Shown here one piece after another: positions 45,907-55,141 of a stretch of DNA of 64,000 bases; the first letter of the stretch is position 1, and each line of letters begins with the position of its first letter. The translations under genes were made by a program, and so were the position numbers. The DNA is taken from the NCBI GenBank assembly GCA_028864975.1, contig JAGWLG010000004.1, positions 82,192 through 146,191 of the forward strand. Direction: 5' to 3'. Source of the stretch: Thermoplasmata archaeon. Its GTDB lineage: Archaea > Thermoplasmatota > Thermoplasmata > Lutacidiplasmatales > UBA184. The notes beneath the pieces were generated by a model that saw only the letters and a list, made by a program, of their open reading frames with translations, did no database searches and was not told the origin of the DNA.

Positions 45907-47475
45907 CTAGCTCGCGACCCGCACCCGCATCCCAAGATGGGAGCGCCACGCGGCACGCGGTCGAGGGAAGTCTGTCCGGTAGTGCCCTCCCCGGCTCTCT
46001 TCTCGGGCCAGGGCCCCTCGTGCAATGAGAAGCCCGGTCAAGAGCAGGTCGGAGATGTCCGGGCCCTCCCCCGTGCGCTCCTGCCGGGCGTGCTCGGCGA
46101 GCGACCAGTCCTGTCCGATCCGCGCTACCGCCTCGTGGAGCCGGTACGGTTCTCGGAGGATGCCGACCTTCTCCCAGAGCAGCTTTCCCAGACCGTTCCG
46201 CGTGAGAGGTCCGCCTGGCACAAGGGGGAGGTCGTGCCGGGGGACCGTGCGCAGGAGGACCTCGCGCGCCGGGGGGACCGGTCCCTTCCACGGGGTGCGG
46301 ACCTTCAGCGCGCGCACGATGCGCTCGCCAAAGACGATCCCCTCCATCAGCGAATTGCTGGCGAGCCGGTTCGCGCCATGCAGGCCCGTCGAGGCCACCT
46401 CCCCGCAGGCGTAGAGCCCTCGCAGGCTCGTCTCGCCGAAGAGGTTGGTCGCGACCCCTCCCACCATGAAGTGGGCAGCAGGGGCCACGGGGATGGCGTC
46501 CCTCGAGAGGTCGAGGCCCTGTCGCTCGAGAAAGTGTCCCACCGTCGGGAAGCGTTGCAGCAGCCGCTGGCGGGGGATCGCCGTCGCGTCCAAGAGGACC
46601 GAGCGTTCCCCTGACCGCTCGAGCTCGAAGGCGATGGCGCGGGAGACCACGTCGCGCGGGGCCAGTTCCGCCGAGGGATGGTAGCGCGGCATGAAGCGCT
46701 CCCCGGCGAGGTTGCGCAGCACCGCTCCTTCCCCTCGAAGGGCTTCGGTCAGGAGGAAACGTGGCGCACCCTCTCGGAAGAAGACGGTCGGGTGGAACTG
46801 GATGAACTCCATGTCGCACACCAGGGCGCCCGCCCGCGCGGCGATCGCCACCCCCTCCCCCGTCGCCCCCGCCGGGTTCGAGGACTCATGGTACAGGTGT
46901 CCCGCGCCACCCGAGGCGAGGACCGCCGCCGGGGCTCGGAGCTCCTCTTCGCCCGAGGGCGACCGGACGAGGAGGGTCATCCCGTCCTTCGCTGGCGCCG
47001 TCCGAGCAAGTAGGTGGGTATGTTCCCGCACCTCGATCCCGGCCTCGGTCGCGCGCTCCTGCAGGGTCTCTTCGATGTGGAGCCCGGTCGCATCCCCCCC
47101 GGCGTGGAGGATGCGGTCCCGGCTGTGGGCGGCCTCGCGTCCCAGGGCGATGCTCCCCTCGACGGTATCGAACGGGACCCCCCACCGGGCCAGGTCCGCG
47201 ATCCGCTGAGGAGCCTCTTGGGCCAGGGCCCAGGCCGCTTCGCGGTCCACGATCCCGGCCCCGGCCTTGACCGTGTCTTGGAAGTGGAGCTTGGGGGAGT
47301 CTCCCGGTCCGATGGCGGCCGCGATGCCGCCTTGGGCGTGCCGGGTGTTCGACTCGGTGAGACGCGACTTGGTGAGCACCCAGGGGTCGAGCCCCTCTTC
47401 GCGCGCCCGCAACGCGACGTAGAGGCCCGCGATCCCGCTCCCGACGACGATCAGGTCGGGGCCACGCTTCGCCAC
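45907..47475 (-). CDS. nadB: L-aspartate oxidase
   Basis: VGSGIAGL, AQGGIAAA, REAAHSRDRILH, EFIQFHPT, EALRGEG, LAPRDVV, HGANRLASNSL, ESRGGHYR. Confidence 0.94.
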   Translation of the reverse strand: MAKRGPDLIVVGSGIAGLYVALRAREEGLDPWVLTKSRLTESNTRHAQGGIAAAIGPGDSPKLHFQDTVKAGAGIVDREAAWALAQEAPQRIADLARWGVPFDTVEGSIALGREAAHSRDRILHAGGDATGLHIEETLQERATEAGIEVREHTHLLARTAPAKDGMTLLVRSPSGEEELRAPAAVLASGGAGHLYHESSNPAGATGEGVAIAARAGALVCDMEFIQFHPTVFFREGAPRFLLTEALRGEGAVLRNLAGERFMPRYHPSAELAPRDVVSRAIAFELERSGERSVLLDATAIPRQRLLQRFPTVGHFLERQGLDLSRDAIPVAPAAHFMVGGVATNLFGETSLRGLYACGEVASTGLHGANRLASNSLMEGIVFGERIVRALKVRTPWKGPVPPAREVLLRTVPRHDLPLVPGGPLTRNGLGKLLWEKVGILREPYRLHEAVARIGQDWSLAEHARQERTGEGPDISDLLLTGLLIARGALAREESRGGHYRTDFPRPRAAWRSHLGMRVRVAS

Positions 47476-47651
47476 GGCCTGCGGAGAGGTTCCGCTCGAT
47501 AAGATGGAGGGCCGCGGAGCCCCCCCGCCTAGCTTCCGAATCTCGCAAGGGGGAGGCGTTCCCCTGCCGTGCTACGTCTCAGCCGGGCACACATCTTTAT
47601 CCGTATCGCCCTTCGGGGGACCCAGGGAGGGTTGACGGGTCCTTCCACGGC

Positions 47652-50600
47652 ATGAACGGCATGATCGCGGAGGTGGCCGGAACCCCCACCTCCGGGCGGG
47701 CGCTCCTTCCTCTTCTCGCGGGCCTTCTGATGGTCCTCTCGATCCTGTTGTCCGCGCCGGTCGGGAGCTCCGCGCCGGCCGCGGTCGGCTCGCTCCCTCA
47801 CGCAGCCGTGGTGCTGCCTCCGACTCACAGTGCTTCCGCTCCGATCTCCCCGGGCCGGTCTGCCCCCTTCGTCTCCAGCTTCAATCCGCCCCACCTGACC
47901 ACCGCGATCCGCAACGCCCCTTCGCTCATCTACACGTACAAGAACCAGCAGGAGCTCTATCCCCAGGACTCCCAGGTCTCGCTCTTCGTGAACGCGACCG
48001 GGAACGGGGTCCCGAACTACGCGAACGTCCAGGTGGTCTTCGTCGTCGAGACGACGCTCTACGATGGGGTCTACGACCCCACGGTCTCCGACCCCGGGTA
48101 CAACAACCCCTGCAACGGGCCCTGCGACGAATCGAACGCCGTCCCGTACTTCATCGCCAACTCGGGACGCCTCGCCGCCGACATCGCCTCGAACAACCCG
48201 TACTCCCAGGTCTCCTTCGCGATGGTCGACTACTTCGCGACCCTGGGGACGCACGATGACGGGGACGGGGCGGAGTACCACGTCGACGTCGGGACGTTCA
48301 CCCCCGCGGGGAGCTTCCAGAGCGCGGTCGTGAACGGCTTCCAGAACCCCGTGCTCGGAGGAGCCTGGTACTACGGCGACTCCGACTACTCGGACAACAT
48401 CGGCGACTCCTCCTCCATCACCGCGCTCTACGGGGCGCTCAAGGGCTCGAACCTGGCCTGGAACCCGGCGGACCACCACGTCATCGTCTGGGTCGGGTCC
48501 ACCGCGCCGCGGGACCCGAACTACGCATTCAACTACGCCGGCACGCACTCCGACTACAACAGCGGCATGAGCACCACCTGCGAGCCCTCGTACAACTACG
48601 GGGGAGGGCTCACCTCGCCCAACTGCGAGCAATGGACGACGGGTTCCAACAACCTGGCCTCCCTCGCGAAGTCCTTGGGGGTCACGATCGACACCATCGA
48701 CGTGGCGAGCGGCATGACCATCGCCTCGAGCCAGGACTACACGAGCAGCTCCTACGGGACCGCGGACAGCAACGCGATCAACAGCGCGGGTTGCAACCTG
48801 GCGAGCGCCACCGGAGGGTCCTGGGAAGGTCCCTCGGGGGTCAGCTGCTCCGTCGCCTCCACGGGGACGGGCACGGGCAACCTGACCTGCGCCTCGGGGA
48901 GCTCCTGCTTCCAGGGACAGAGCGGGACGACCTATTCGAACCCGCCTCGCACCTGGGGGACGAACAGTGCGCTCGGCTGGGCCATTGACCACATCTCCTT
49001 CGGGCCGGTCTCGGTCTCGAACGTCACCGCGAGCTCGAACGGACAGCCGATGTTCCAGTTCACGCCCGAGCTCAACATCACCGCGGACCCGTACAATCCG
49101 GCGTGGAGCGTGAGCTGCCTTCGGAACGGCGCTCCGCTGTCGGGCTGCCAGCAGACCCCCACCACGACCAGCGTGGGGGCCGCGACCGTCTACGGATGGG
49201 GCTGGCCCGCCTCCACGATGGACCTGAACGACACCTGGACCGCGACCTTCAACGTCGTCGCGACGGGCTCGCCGTACAACGTCAGCTATCCCCTGGACGC
49301 GTGCACCGCTTCCGGGTGCACGGGGCCCGTCGGCGGGGCGGGGGCCTACTCGCTCGTTGATTACAAGAACTACCAGGGGACGCCGACCAGCCTCTCGTTC
49401 CCGCCGAGCAACATCTACGTCGTCTACCCGGGGATGAGCGTCTTCGTGAGCCCGCCCTACGCGCGGGGGCTCTCCGGATTCACCCAGCTCTTCTCGGTGA
49501 CGGTGGGAGGCGGCCAGCCTCCGTACACCTACCAGTGGTATGTCAACAGCGTTGCCCAGTCGGGGGCCACCGGGCCTTCGTTCCTGGGGACCTTCTCCTC
49601 GACGGGCACCTACATCGTGCGTTGCCTGGTCTGGGACGCCTACGGCAAGCAAGCGAGCGGCACCTCGCAGGTGACGATCCTCGCCTCCTCCTCCAATTTG
49701 TTCTCGCTCCAGGGGACCCTCACCAATAGCAAGACGCTCCAGGGCATACCGGGGGCTACCGTCGGGCTGAACGGCACGTGGGGCTCGACCCTCTCCGGCT
49801 CTACTGGGGGTTACACGCTGGGGCCCATCGTCAACGGGACCTACACGCTCTACGTCAACGCTTCCGGTTACAGGCCCTACGCCGGACCGGTGACCGTGAA
49901 AGGGAACACCTGGGACAACCTCTCGCTCACCCCTGTGCCTCCGAAGAGCTACACGGTCACAGGGTACGTGACGAGCTACGCGACAGGGGCGGCGCTCCCC
50001 GGCGCCGACGTGGTCCTCTCCTACTTCGGGACGACGATGGCCAACGTCACGTCGAACGCCCAGGGCGCCTTCGTCCTGTCGGGCATTCTGAACGCGTCCT
50101 ACACCCTCTCGGCAACGCTCTCCGGCTACAATCCCGCGAGCCTTTCGGTCGTGGTCCAGGGAGCGAACGTGACCCAGAACATCTCGCTCACCACGCTCCC
50201 CCCATCCGCCTACTACATCACGGGGACGGTCACGAACAACGCGACCGGGGCGGCGATCTCGGGCGCCCTGGTGACCCTCAACAACTCCGCTCTCTCCAAC
50301 ACCACGAACGCGAACGGGGTCTACCTGCTTACCCCCGTCTACGCGGGGGTCTACACGGTCTCCGTGAGCGCCACGGGGTACTCTTCCCAGTCGAAGGCCA
50401 CGACGGTCGCGAGCGGTCCGATGACCGTGAGCTTCCAGCTCTCCCCGCCGCCTCCGCCTCCCACGCCGACCTTCACCCTCCAGGGCACCGTGCTGGACCA
50501 GAAGACGCTCCTGCCTGTCAGCGGGGCGACGGTCATCGTCACCGACAGCACGGGGAAGCTCATCGCGACGGTCCACGCCTCCGTTTCCGGGGACTACGCG

Positions 50601-51500
50601 GTCACGGGGCTCGTGAACGGCACGTACAACGCCAAGGTGGGAGCTCCGAACTACCTCAACGCGAGCGTGGGGTTCTCGATCGTGGGCATGTCCCACGCCC
50701 AGAACTTCTACCTGACGCCTCTCGCAGGAGGGAAGGTGACCACCTACACGGTCCAAGGGGTCCTGGTCAACTGTCTCACCGGTCAGGGGGTGACCGGGGC
50801 GACCATCACCGTGGTCCCGACCCTGGGGACCACGACCTCCGGTTCCAGCGGAGCCTTCGGGTACACCCAGGCGGCGAACGGCACGTACTCGCTGTCGGCC
50901 TCCGCGACGGGGCATCGGACGGCGTACCAGAACTTCACGGTCTCGGGCTCGAACGTCCAGTTGACGGTGGAGATGGACTGCGTCACGCTCTACCAGGTCT
51001 CGGGCCTGGTCGAGGATGCGTCCAGCGGAACGGGGATCCAGTACGCGACCGTGACCGTGCTCAACGCGACGACGCCCCCGATCCCGCCCAACACCACGCA
51101 GTCCGGCGGAAGCTTCCACTTCTCCTCTCCGAGCGGCCACCTCGAGCTCAAGGTCGCTGCGGGAGGCTACCAGATCGCCTTCGACAACATCACCGTACGG
51201 AACGTGGCCCTCTCAGGGGTCTTGATCTACCTCAAGCCGGTCATCCCGGGGGGCTCGACCTCTCCCGGCAATACCAACGGATGGTTGAAACCCGGCCCCT
51301 ACGGGCTCTACCTTCAGGTCTGGGCGCCGCTCGCAGGGGGGCTGGCCACGTTCGCGATCGGTTTCCTGTTCCTGAAGCGGCGCCACCAGGCGGCCGCGCG
51401 GCTGGGGAAGGGGCCTGGCGCGTCGCCCACAGATCCCGAGGGCGCTACGGTGGCGCAGGTCGAGGGGAGACCGCCCTCGCCGCCACCTCCTCAGGGATGA
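47652..51500 (+). CDS. Large surface-anchored protein: vWA-like N-domain, PKD-like domain, six carboxypeptidase-regulatory-like repeats, C-terminal TM
   Basis: Signal peptide; VVFVVETT, VIVWVGST, GVTIDTI (vWA strands); PYTYQWY; six G.V....TG..I.GA.V repeats; TM then KRRH. Confidence 0.8.
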   Translation: MNGMIAEVAGTPTSGRALLPLLAGLLMVLSILLSAPVGSSAPAAVGSLPHAAVVLPPTHSASAPISPGRSAPFVSSFNPPHLTTAIRNAPSLIYTYKNQQELYPQDSQVSLFVNATGNGVPNYANVQVVFVVETTLYDGVYDPTVSDPGYNNPCNGPCDESNAVPYFIANSGRLAADIASNNPYSQVSFAMVDYFATLGTHDDGDGAEYHVDVGTFTPAGSFQSAVVNGFQNPVLGGAWYYGDSDYSDNIGDSSSITALYGALKGSNLAWNPADHHVIVWVGSTAPRDPNYAFNYAGTHSDYNSGMSTTCEPSYNYGGGLTSPNCEQWTTGSNNLASLAKSLGVTIDTIDVASGMTIASSQDYTSSSYGTADSNAINSAGCNLASATGGSWEGPSGVSCSVASTGTGTGNLTCASGSSCFQGQSGTTYSNPPRTWGTNSALGWAIDHISFGPVSVSNVTASSNGQPMFQFTPELNITADPYNPAWSVSCLRNGAPLSGCQQTPTTTSVGAATVYGWGWPASTMDLNDTWTATFNVVATGSPYNVSYPLDACTASGCTGPVGGAGAYSLVDYKNYQGTPTSLSFPPSNIYVVYPGMSVFVSPPYARGLSGFTQLFSVTVGGGQPPYTYQWYVNSVAQSGATGPSFLGTFSSTGTYIVRCLVWDAYGKQASGTSQVTILASSSNLFSLQGTLTNSKTLQGIPGATVGLNGTWGSTLSGSTGGYTLGPIVNGTYTLYVNASGYRPYAGPVTVKGNTWDNLSLTPVPPKSYTVTGYVTSYATGAALPGADVVLSYFGTTMANVTSNAQGAFVLSGILNASYTLSATLSGYNPASLSVVVQGANVTQNISLTTLPPSAYYITGTVTNNATGAAISGALVTLNNSALSNTTNANGVYLLTPVYAGVYTVSVSATGYSSQSKATTVASGPMTVSFQLSPPPPPPTPTFTLQGTVLDQKTLLPVSGATVIVTDSTGKLIATVHASVSGDYAVTGLVNGTYNAKVGAPNYLNASVGFSIVGMSHAQNFYLTPLAGGKVTTYTVQGVLVNCLTGQGVTGATITVVPTLGTTTSGSSGAFGYTQAANGTYSLSASATGHRTAYQNFTVSGSNVQLTVEMDCVTLYQVSGLVEDASSGTGIQYATVTVLNATTPPIPPNTTQSGGSFHFSSPSGHLELKVAAGGYQIAFDNITVRNVALSGVLIYLKPVIPGGSTSPGNTNGWLKPGPYGLYLQVWAPLAGGLATFAIGFLFLKRRHQAAARLGKGPGASPTDPEGATVAQVEGRPPSPPPPQG

Positions 51501-51738
51501 GGCGTGGGCCCCCGGGAGCGTGGGGGTGTCCGGTGGGGATGGGGGAACCCACCGGGAGCTGGAGACGCCATCTAGCACGCGAGGCCGGTTCTCCGTCGAG
51601 ATTCATGTTCAGCACTGTCCGGTTCGGGGCATGGACATCCTCCGGGTTCTCGATCACGGCCCCAGGTTCGACACGCAGGTCGTGCGACGCTCCGGTAGCC
51701 CGCTCGCCAGAGGGCATGTGGGGTTGGACTGCGCGCTA

Positions 51739-52299
51739 CTAGAGTTTCAGCAGGTCCAGGAACATGGTGGGGTTGCGAGTGTTCTTCCCGACACGGTCCA
51801 CGGCCACGAAGCCGCACTTCTCATAGAAGGAGATGGATTTTGGTACAGCCTCAAGTACGATGAGCCGGACCCCTACCGTCTTCGCCATCTCCTGCGCCAT
51901 GCCGACGATGTATTTCACCGCCCAACGCCCGTAGTGAGGCTCCTTCCCAGCGAATTCCCTGTCGATTGCTAACCGGCCGATTAGCAAGGACGGAATGTGG
52001 TTGAGTCCTTTGGGAATGCCGTCCCCGTACTGCTTCTTGATCTTCGCCAAGTTGAGCCCGTCCGTCGAGACAGTGAAGTAGCCGATGAGGCGGCCGTCAG
52101 GGTGGTCGAGCAGGTATGTGCGCCCTAGTCGGAACTTCTCGAACCTGAGCGCCTCTTCCGACGCGATGAACTCGGTGAGGCTTTTGTCGACACACCCGAA
52201 CTCGGCTAGTCTAGGGTCCCGCTCCTCGATTGAGAGAGGGGATATCCGGAAGCGAGGAGCCTGTTCCGAGGCGGTCGAGGTCCCAGACGTCCCCGCCAT
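51739..52299 (-). CDS. GNAT acetyltransferase, AtaT/TacT-like type II toxin
   Basis: F.C....LTEFI, LIGYFTV, IPSLLIGRLAIDREFAGK, GVRLIVLEAV..SISFYEKCGF. Confidence 0.82.
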   Translation of the reverse strand: MAGTSGTSTASEQAPRFRISPLSIEERDPRLAEFGCVDKSLTEFIASEEALRFEKFRLGRTYLLDHPDGRLIGYFTVSTDGLNLAKIKKQYGDGIPKGLNHIPSLLIGRLAIDREFAGKEPHYGRWAVKYIVGMAQEMAKTVGVRLIVLEAVPKSISFYEKCGFVAVDRVGKNTRNPTMFLDLLKL

Positions 52300-52308
52300 T
52301 CTCGGGGA

Positions 52309-52467
52309 CTACGCCTTGCGGCTCTTCGGCTGCGTCTTCAGGTAGAACGCTTCGGCGTCGCGGTAAAACGCGCGATTCTTCGCGCTCACCTTGAATGCGC
52401 GCATCTTTTGGAGGAACATCCTTGCCTCCTTTCCCTTGAGCTCGCGCGGAGACTTCGGATAGCCCAT
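52309..52467 (-). CDS. Small basic protein, putative antitoxin of the GNAT
   Basis: MGYPKSPRELKGKEARMFLQKM.., 52 aa, ends 9 bp before the GNAT start. Confidence 0.6.
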   Translation of the reverse strand: MGYPKSPRELKGKEARMFLQKMRAFKVSAKNRAFYRDAEAFYLKTQPKSRKA

Positions 52468-52757
52468 CGAACTCACCAACTCCCGATTTGCTTCAAGTGA
52501 AACCCTGAGTGTCAAGGCAATGCATCTAACGCTGGGTCCTTGGCACCCTCGCGAACCACGGAAGCATTCAGCAGTATTTCATCCTCACCAACAACCTCGG
52601 CATTGAAGTCCGCATTGACTGGGACGACTGTTGGCGGGTCCGAACCGGAAGGTCGGCGGCCAAGGCGGCCTCACCAAGCCCTTGACACCCCCAATCCAGG
52701 CCACACTCGTCCCCCATCCATCTCCGTTGGGGCCATTTCCATGATCGCCCTTCCGTT

Positions 52758-52798
52758 GGAAGTCCTCCGCCGAGGGGGGGAAACCAGGGAAAGGGGCC
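52758..52798 (-). repeat. Repeat R5 (structure-conserved, sequence-diverged copy)
   Basis: Minus strand GGCCCCTTTCCCTGGTTTCCCCCCCTCGGCGGAGGACTTCC: 41 nt, similar leader, TCC end, stem pairing at the same positions 18-36 to 25-29 (6/8 pairs). Confidence 0.4.
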
Positions 52799-52863
52799 GG
52801 GCCTTGAACTTCTGATCGAGGTAGGGCGGCCCCGCACCGGGACTGACCTGACCTGGCACCAGC

Positions 52864-52886
52864 CTTCATGTAACGTGAAGAGTTAC
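52864..52886. promoter_or_regulatory. Interlocked inverted repeats before the TumE-like gene
   Basis: CTTCA-N7-TGAAG and GTAAC-N7-GTTAC immediately before ATG 52889. Confidence 0.5.
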
Positions 52887-52888
52887 CT

Positions 52889-53206
52889 ATGGTGAGGCAA
52901 GCGCGGTTCAGAATCCGCCTCTCGGACGAGGATCGGATCGAGGTCACCATGGAGAAGGATGCAGGAGATGTGGTCTCCTTCGTCGTGAACTATGTGGCCA
53001 CGGTCGGGGACAAGGAGTGCTCCGTGGTCCGTTACGATACCCACCACGGATTCCCTCACAAGGACATCCTTCGGCCGGACGGCTCCCTGGATCGAAAGGA
53101 GAGTTTTGGAGAACAGGACCTTCTCGCGCTGGTCGACCTCGCGATCGACGACCTCAAGTCCCACGGGGAAACCTATCGAGCGAGGTTCGAACGATGGCGG
53201 AAGTAA
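52889..53206 (+). CDS. DUF6516/DUF7718-like (TumE-type) putative toxin
   Basis: VVRYDTHHGFPHKD motif; paired with a downstream HTH gene. Confidence 0.62.
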   Translation: MVRQARFRIRLSDEDRIEVTMEKDAGDVVSFVVNYVATVGDKECSVVRYDTHHGFPHKDILRPDGSLDRKESFGEQDLLALVDLAIDDLKSHGETYRARFERWRK

Positions 53207-53595
53207 AGCGGAGGCAGGTCGACAAGCGCCTCGAACAGGTTCGCAGCTTCATGCACACCCTTGTGGATCACCCGGAGTTCCTCGACATCTTCCCCCAGGA
53301 CATGGTCGTGCCCCTGGGAGCCGACGTGTCCTCGGTCTTCGCCCCGGCGAGGGTGGAACTGATGCTGGAGATCTCCCGAGGTCGCGCGACTGTCGGTGCG
53401 CTCGCTCGGGCTCTCCATCGCAATCGCCCCGCGGTCTCTCGGGACCTGCATCTCCTCTCACGTCACGGACTGGTCAGGATCCGGAGGGTCGGACGGGAAA
53501 GCTATCCCGAACTGACGCGTCGTTTCGTCGTGCTGCCTCTCGGCCCCCCAGGAGGGAGAACGGTGGCACGAGGACCAGGGGCCGCGACGGCCTGA
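53194..53595 (+). CDS. HTH DNA-binding protein (HVO_A0114/COG4190-like), putative antitoxin
   Basis: VFAPARVELM..TVGALARALHRNRPAVSRDLHLLSRHGLV; overlaps the upstream gene. Confidence 0.75.
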   Translation: MAEVKRRQVDKRLEQVRSFMHTLVDHPEFLDIFPQDMVVPLGADVSSVFAPARVELMLEISRGRATVGALARALHRNRPAVSRDLHLLSRHGLVRIRRVGRESYPELTRRFVVLPLGPPGGRTVARGPGAATA

Positions 53596-53656
53596 CGGGA
53601 AGGAGTGGGGGCCCCGCGCTCTACCCGGAGGGGAGCGTGGCTCCGTCCATAGCCCA

Positions 53657-54673
53657 CTACGACGCGCGCGGCGCCGTCCACCGCAGGATGCGCCCCAAAC
53701 GTTCCGTCGTGAACCCCGCACGTTCGTAGAGCTTGAGCGCGCCCGTGTTCGCCTCGGTGACCCACAGGCGGGCCTCGGTGAAACCGAGGGCCACGAGCCC
53801 CCGCAAGCTTCGCGCGAGGATCGCCTTCCCGATCCCCTGCTTGCGGTACTTGGGCAGCACTGCGATGTCGGCGAGCAGCGCGCTGTGGGGGTTCTCCTCC
53901 AAGCAGAGCGAGAACCCGACGAGGTGGCCCTTCGGCCCTTCGCTCGATTCCTCCTCCAGGACCACCGCGGCGGAAGCCTCTCGCAGGGGGGCGCCCAGGT
54001 CTCCCTCCAGAAGGCCGCGGAGGAGGCGTTCGTTGTCCTCCGGCGTCTCGGCGACCATCGCCTCGTCCGGTCCTCCCACAAAGGACGGGAAGTCGATCGA
54101 CGCGAGAAGGGCGGGGCCAAGGGCGAGCGCCGGGACGAAGCGGAACCGCTCGGGCAGGGTTTCGGCGGGAGGGGGGAGGCTCGGGTCGAGCTTCCGGACC
54201 ATGGCCCTGCGGTGGACCACTGTGAAGGTGAGCTTCGGGTCGGGTGCATCGAGGAGCTTCCCCCAGGCGCTCTCGGTCTCCTCCGGGTCGGCCGAGACCG
54301 CAAGGTCGATCCTCCGCATCCCCGGGGGTCGGTGGGTGTCGACCGCCCGCACCATCTCCATGGCGCCCGGGAGCTCCTGCGGGCCTCCCGAGAAGTGAAT
54401 TTGACCGAACCCTCGTCCGTTGCGGACCGCTAGGACCGCGAGCCCCCGGCGCTCACCTCGAGGCTCCAGCACCCACCCGAGCATCCGCTTTGCGCGGAGC
54501 TCCCCCTCCGCTTCTTCCGGCCAGGTCGGGGGGAGGCTCTCCCCTCGGGCCTTGAGCGCCCTGCGCATCTCGACCAGGAGCTCCAGGAGGTCGCCGTGAT
54601 ACTGTGCGGCAGGGGTGACCTGAGCTGCAGGAGGGACCGATGACGCGGTCCGGGTCGGAGAGGTCTGCGACAC
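53657..54673 (-). CDS. Two-domain GNAT N-acetyltransferase
   Basis: C-terminal LADIAVLPKYRKQGIG, LWVTEANTGALKLYERAGF. Confidence 0.85.
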   Translation of the reverse strand: MSQTSPTRTASSVPPAAQVTPAAQYHGDLLELLVEMRRALKARGESLPPTWPEEAEGELRAKRMLGWVLEPRGERRGLAVLAVRNGRGFGQIHFSGGPQELPGAMEMVRAVDTHRPPGMRRIDLAVSADPEETESAWGKLLDAPDPKLTFTVVHRRAMVRKLDPSLPPPAETLPERFRFVPALALGPALLASIDFPSFVGGPDEAMVAETPEDNERLLRGLLEGDLGAPLREASAAVVLEEESSEGPKGHLVGFSLCLEENPHSALLADIAVLPKYRKQGIGKAILARSLRGLVALGFTEARLWVTEANTGALKLYERAGFTTERLGRILRWTAPRAS

Positions 54674-54694
54674 GCGTCCTCGGTGCCCTTGGCC

Positions 54695-55084
54695 CTAGCC
54701 TTGGGCGGGGGTGGGGGGAGAGGAGAAGTGGGGTCCTCCCGAGGCAGCCGCCAGCTGGGCCGCGCGAAGTTGGACCTCGTGGATCCTGCGAGTGACGGCC
54801 CCGATCTGGTTGGTCGTCGCGAGCAGCCCCTGATAGGCCTGGTCGAGCTCCTCCCTCCAGGGTCGGGAGAGGACCATCCGCCGCTTGAGCTCGTGCTGGA
54901 CTTCGGTCCCGGCGTCCGGTCGCATCGAGAGGAACCGCTCCTCGACCGCTCGGACCCGTTGGAAGCGCTCCTCCAGCTCTCCCCGGAGCCGAGCGTGCTC
55001 GTGGGAGAGGTTGTGGAGCTCTTGCTCTAGGGCGTCGAGCTCGCTACCAGAAGGGTCGTCGGCCGGGGCAGGAGGAGGTGTCAT
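54695..55084 (-). CDS. Hypothetical coiled-coil protein
   Basis: Heptad-like E/L/R-rich 129-aa ORF, operonic between prs and the GNAT. Confidence 0.65.
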   Translation of the reverse strand: MTPPPAPADDPSGSELDALEQELHNLSHEHARLRGELEERFQRVRAVEERFLSMRPDAGTEVQHELKRRMVLSRPWREELDQAYQGLLATTNQIGAVTRRIHEVQLRAAQLAAASGGPHFSSPPTPAQG

Positions 55085-55141
55085 GGGGACCCTTCCTCCC
55101 TCCCGTCCTTCGGTCAGCCGAACTTCGTGGGGGCCATGTCC

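Noticed and set aside
51520-51570. CCGGTGGG/CCCACCGG hairpin as another repeat copy
   Set aside because: Leader and loop length do not match; more likely a terminator between convergent genes.
52540-52690. Coding-like fragment (WVLGTLANHGSIQQYFILTNNLGIEVRIDW)
   Set aside because: No start codon and too short to assign; likely a gene remnant.
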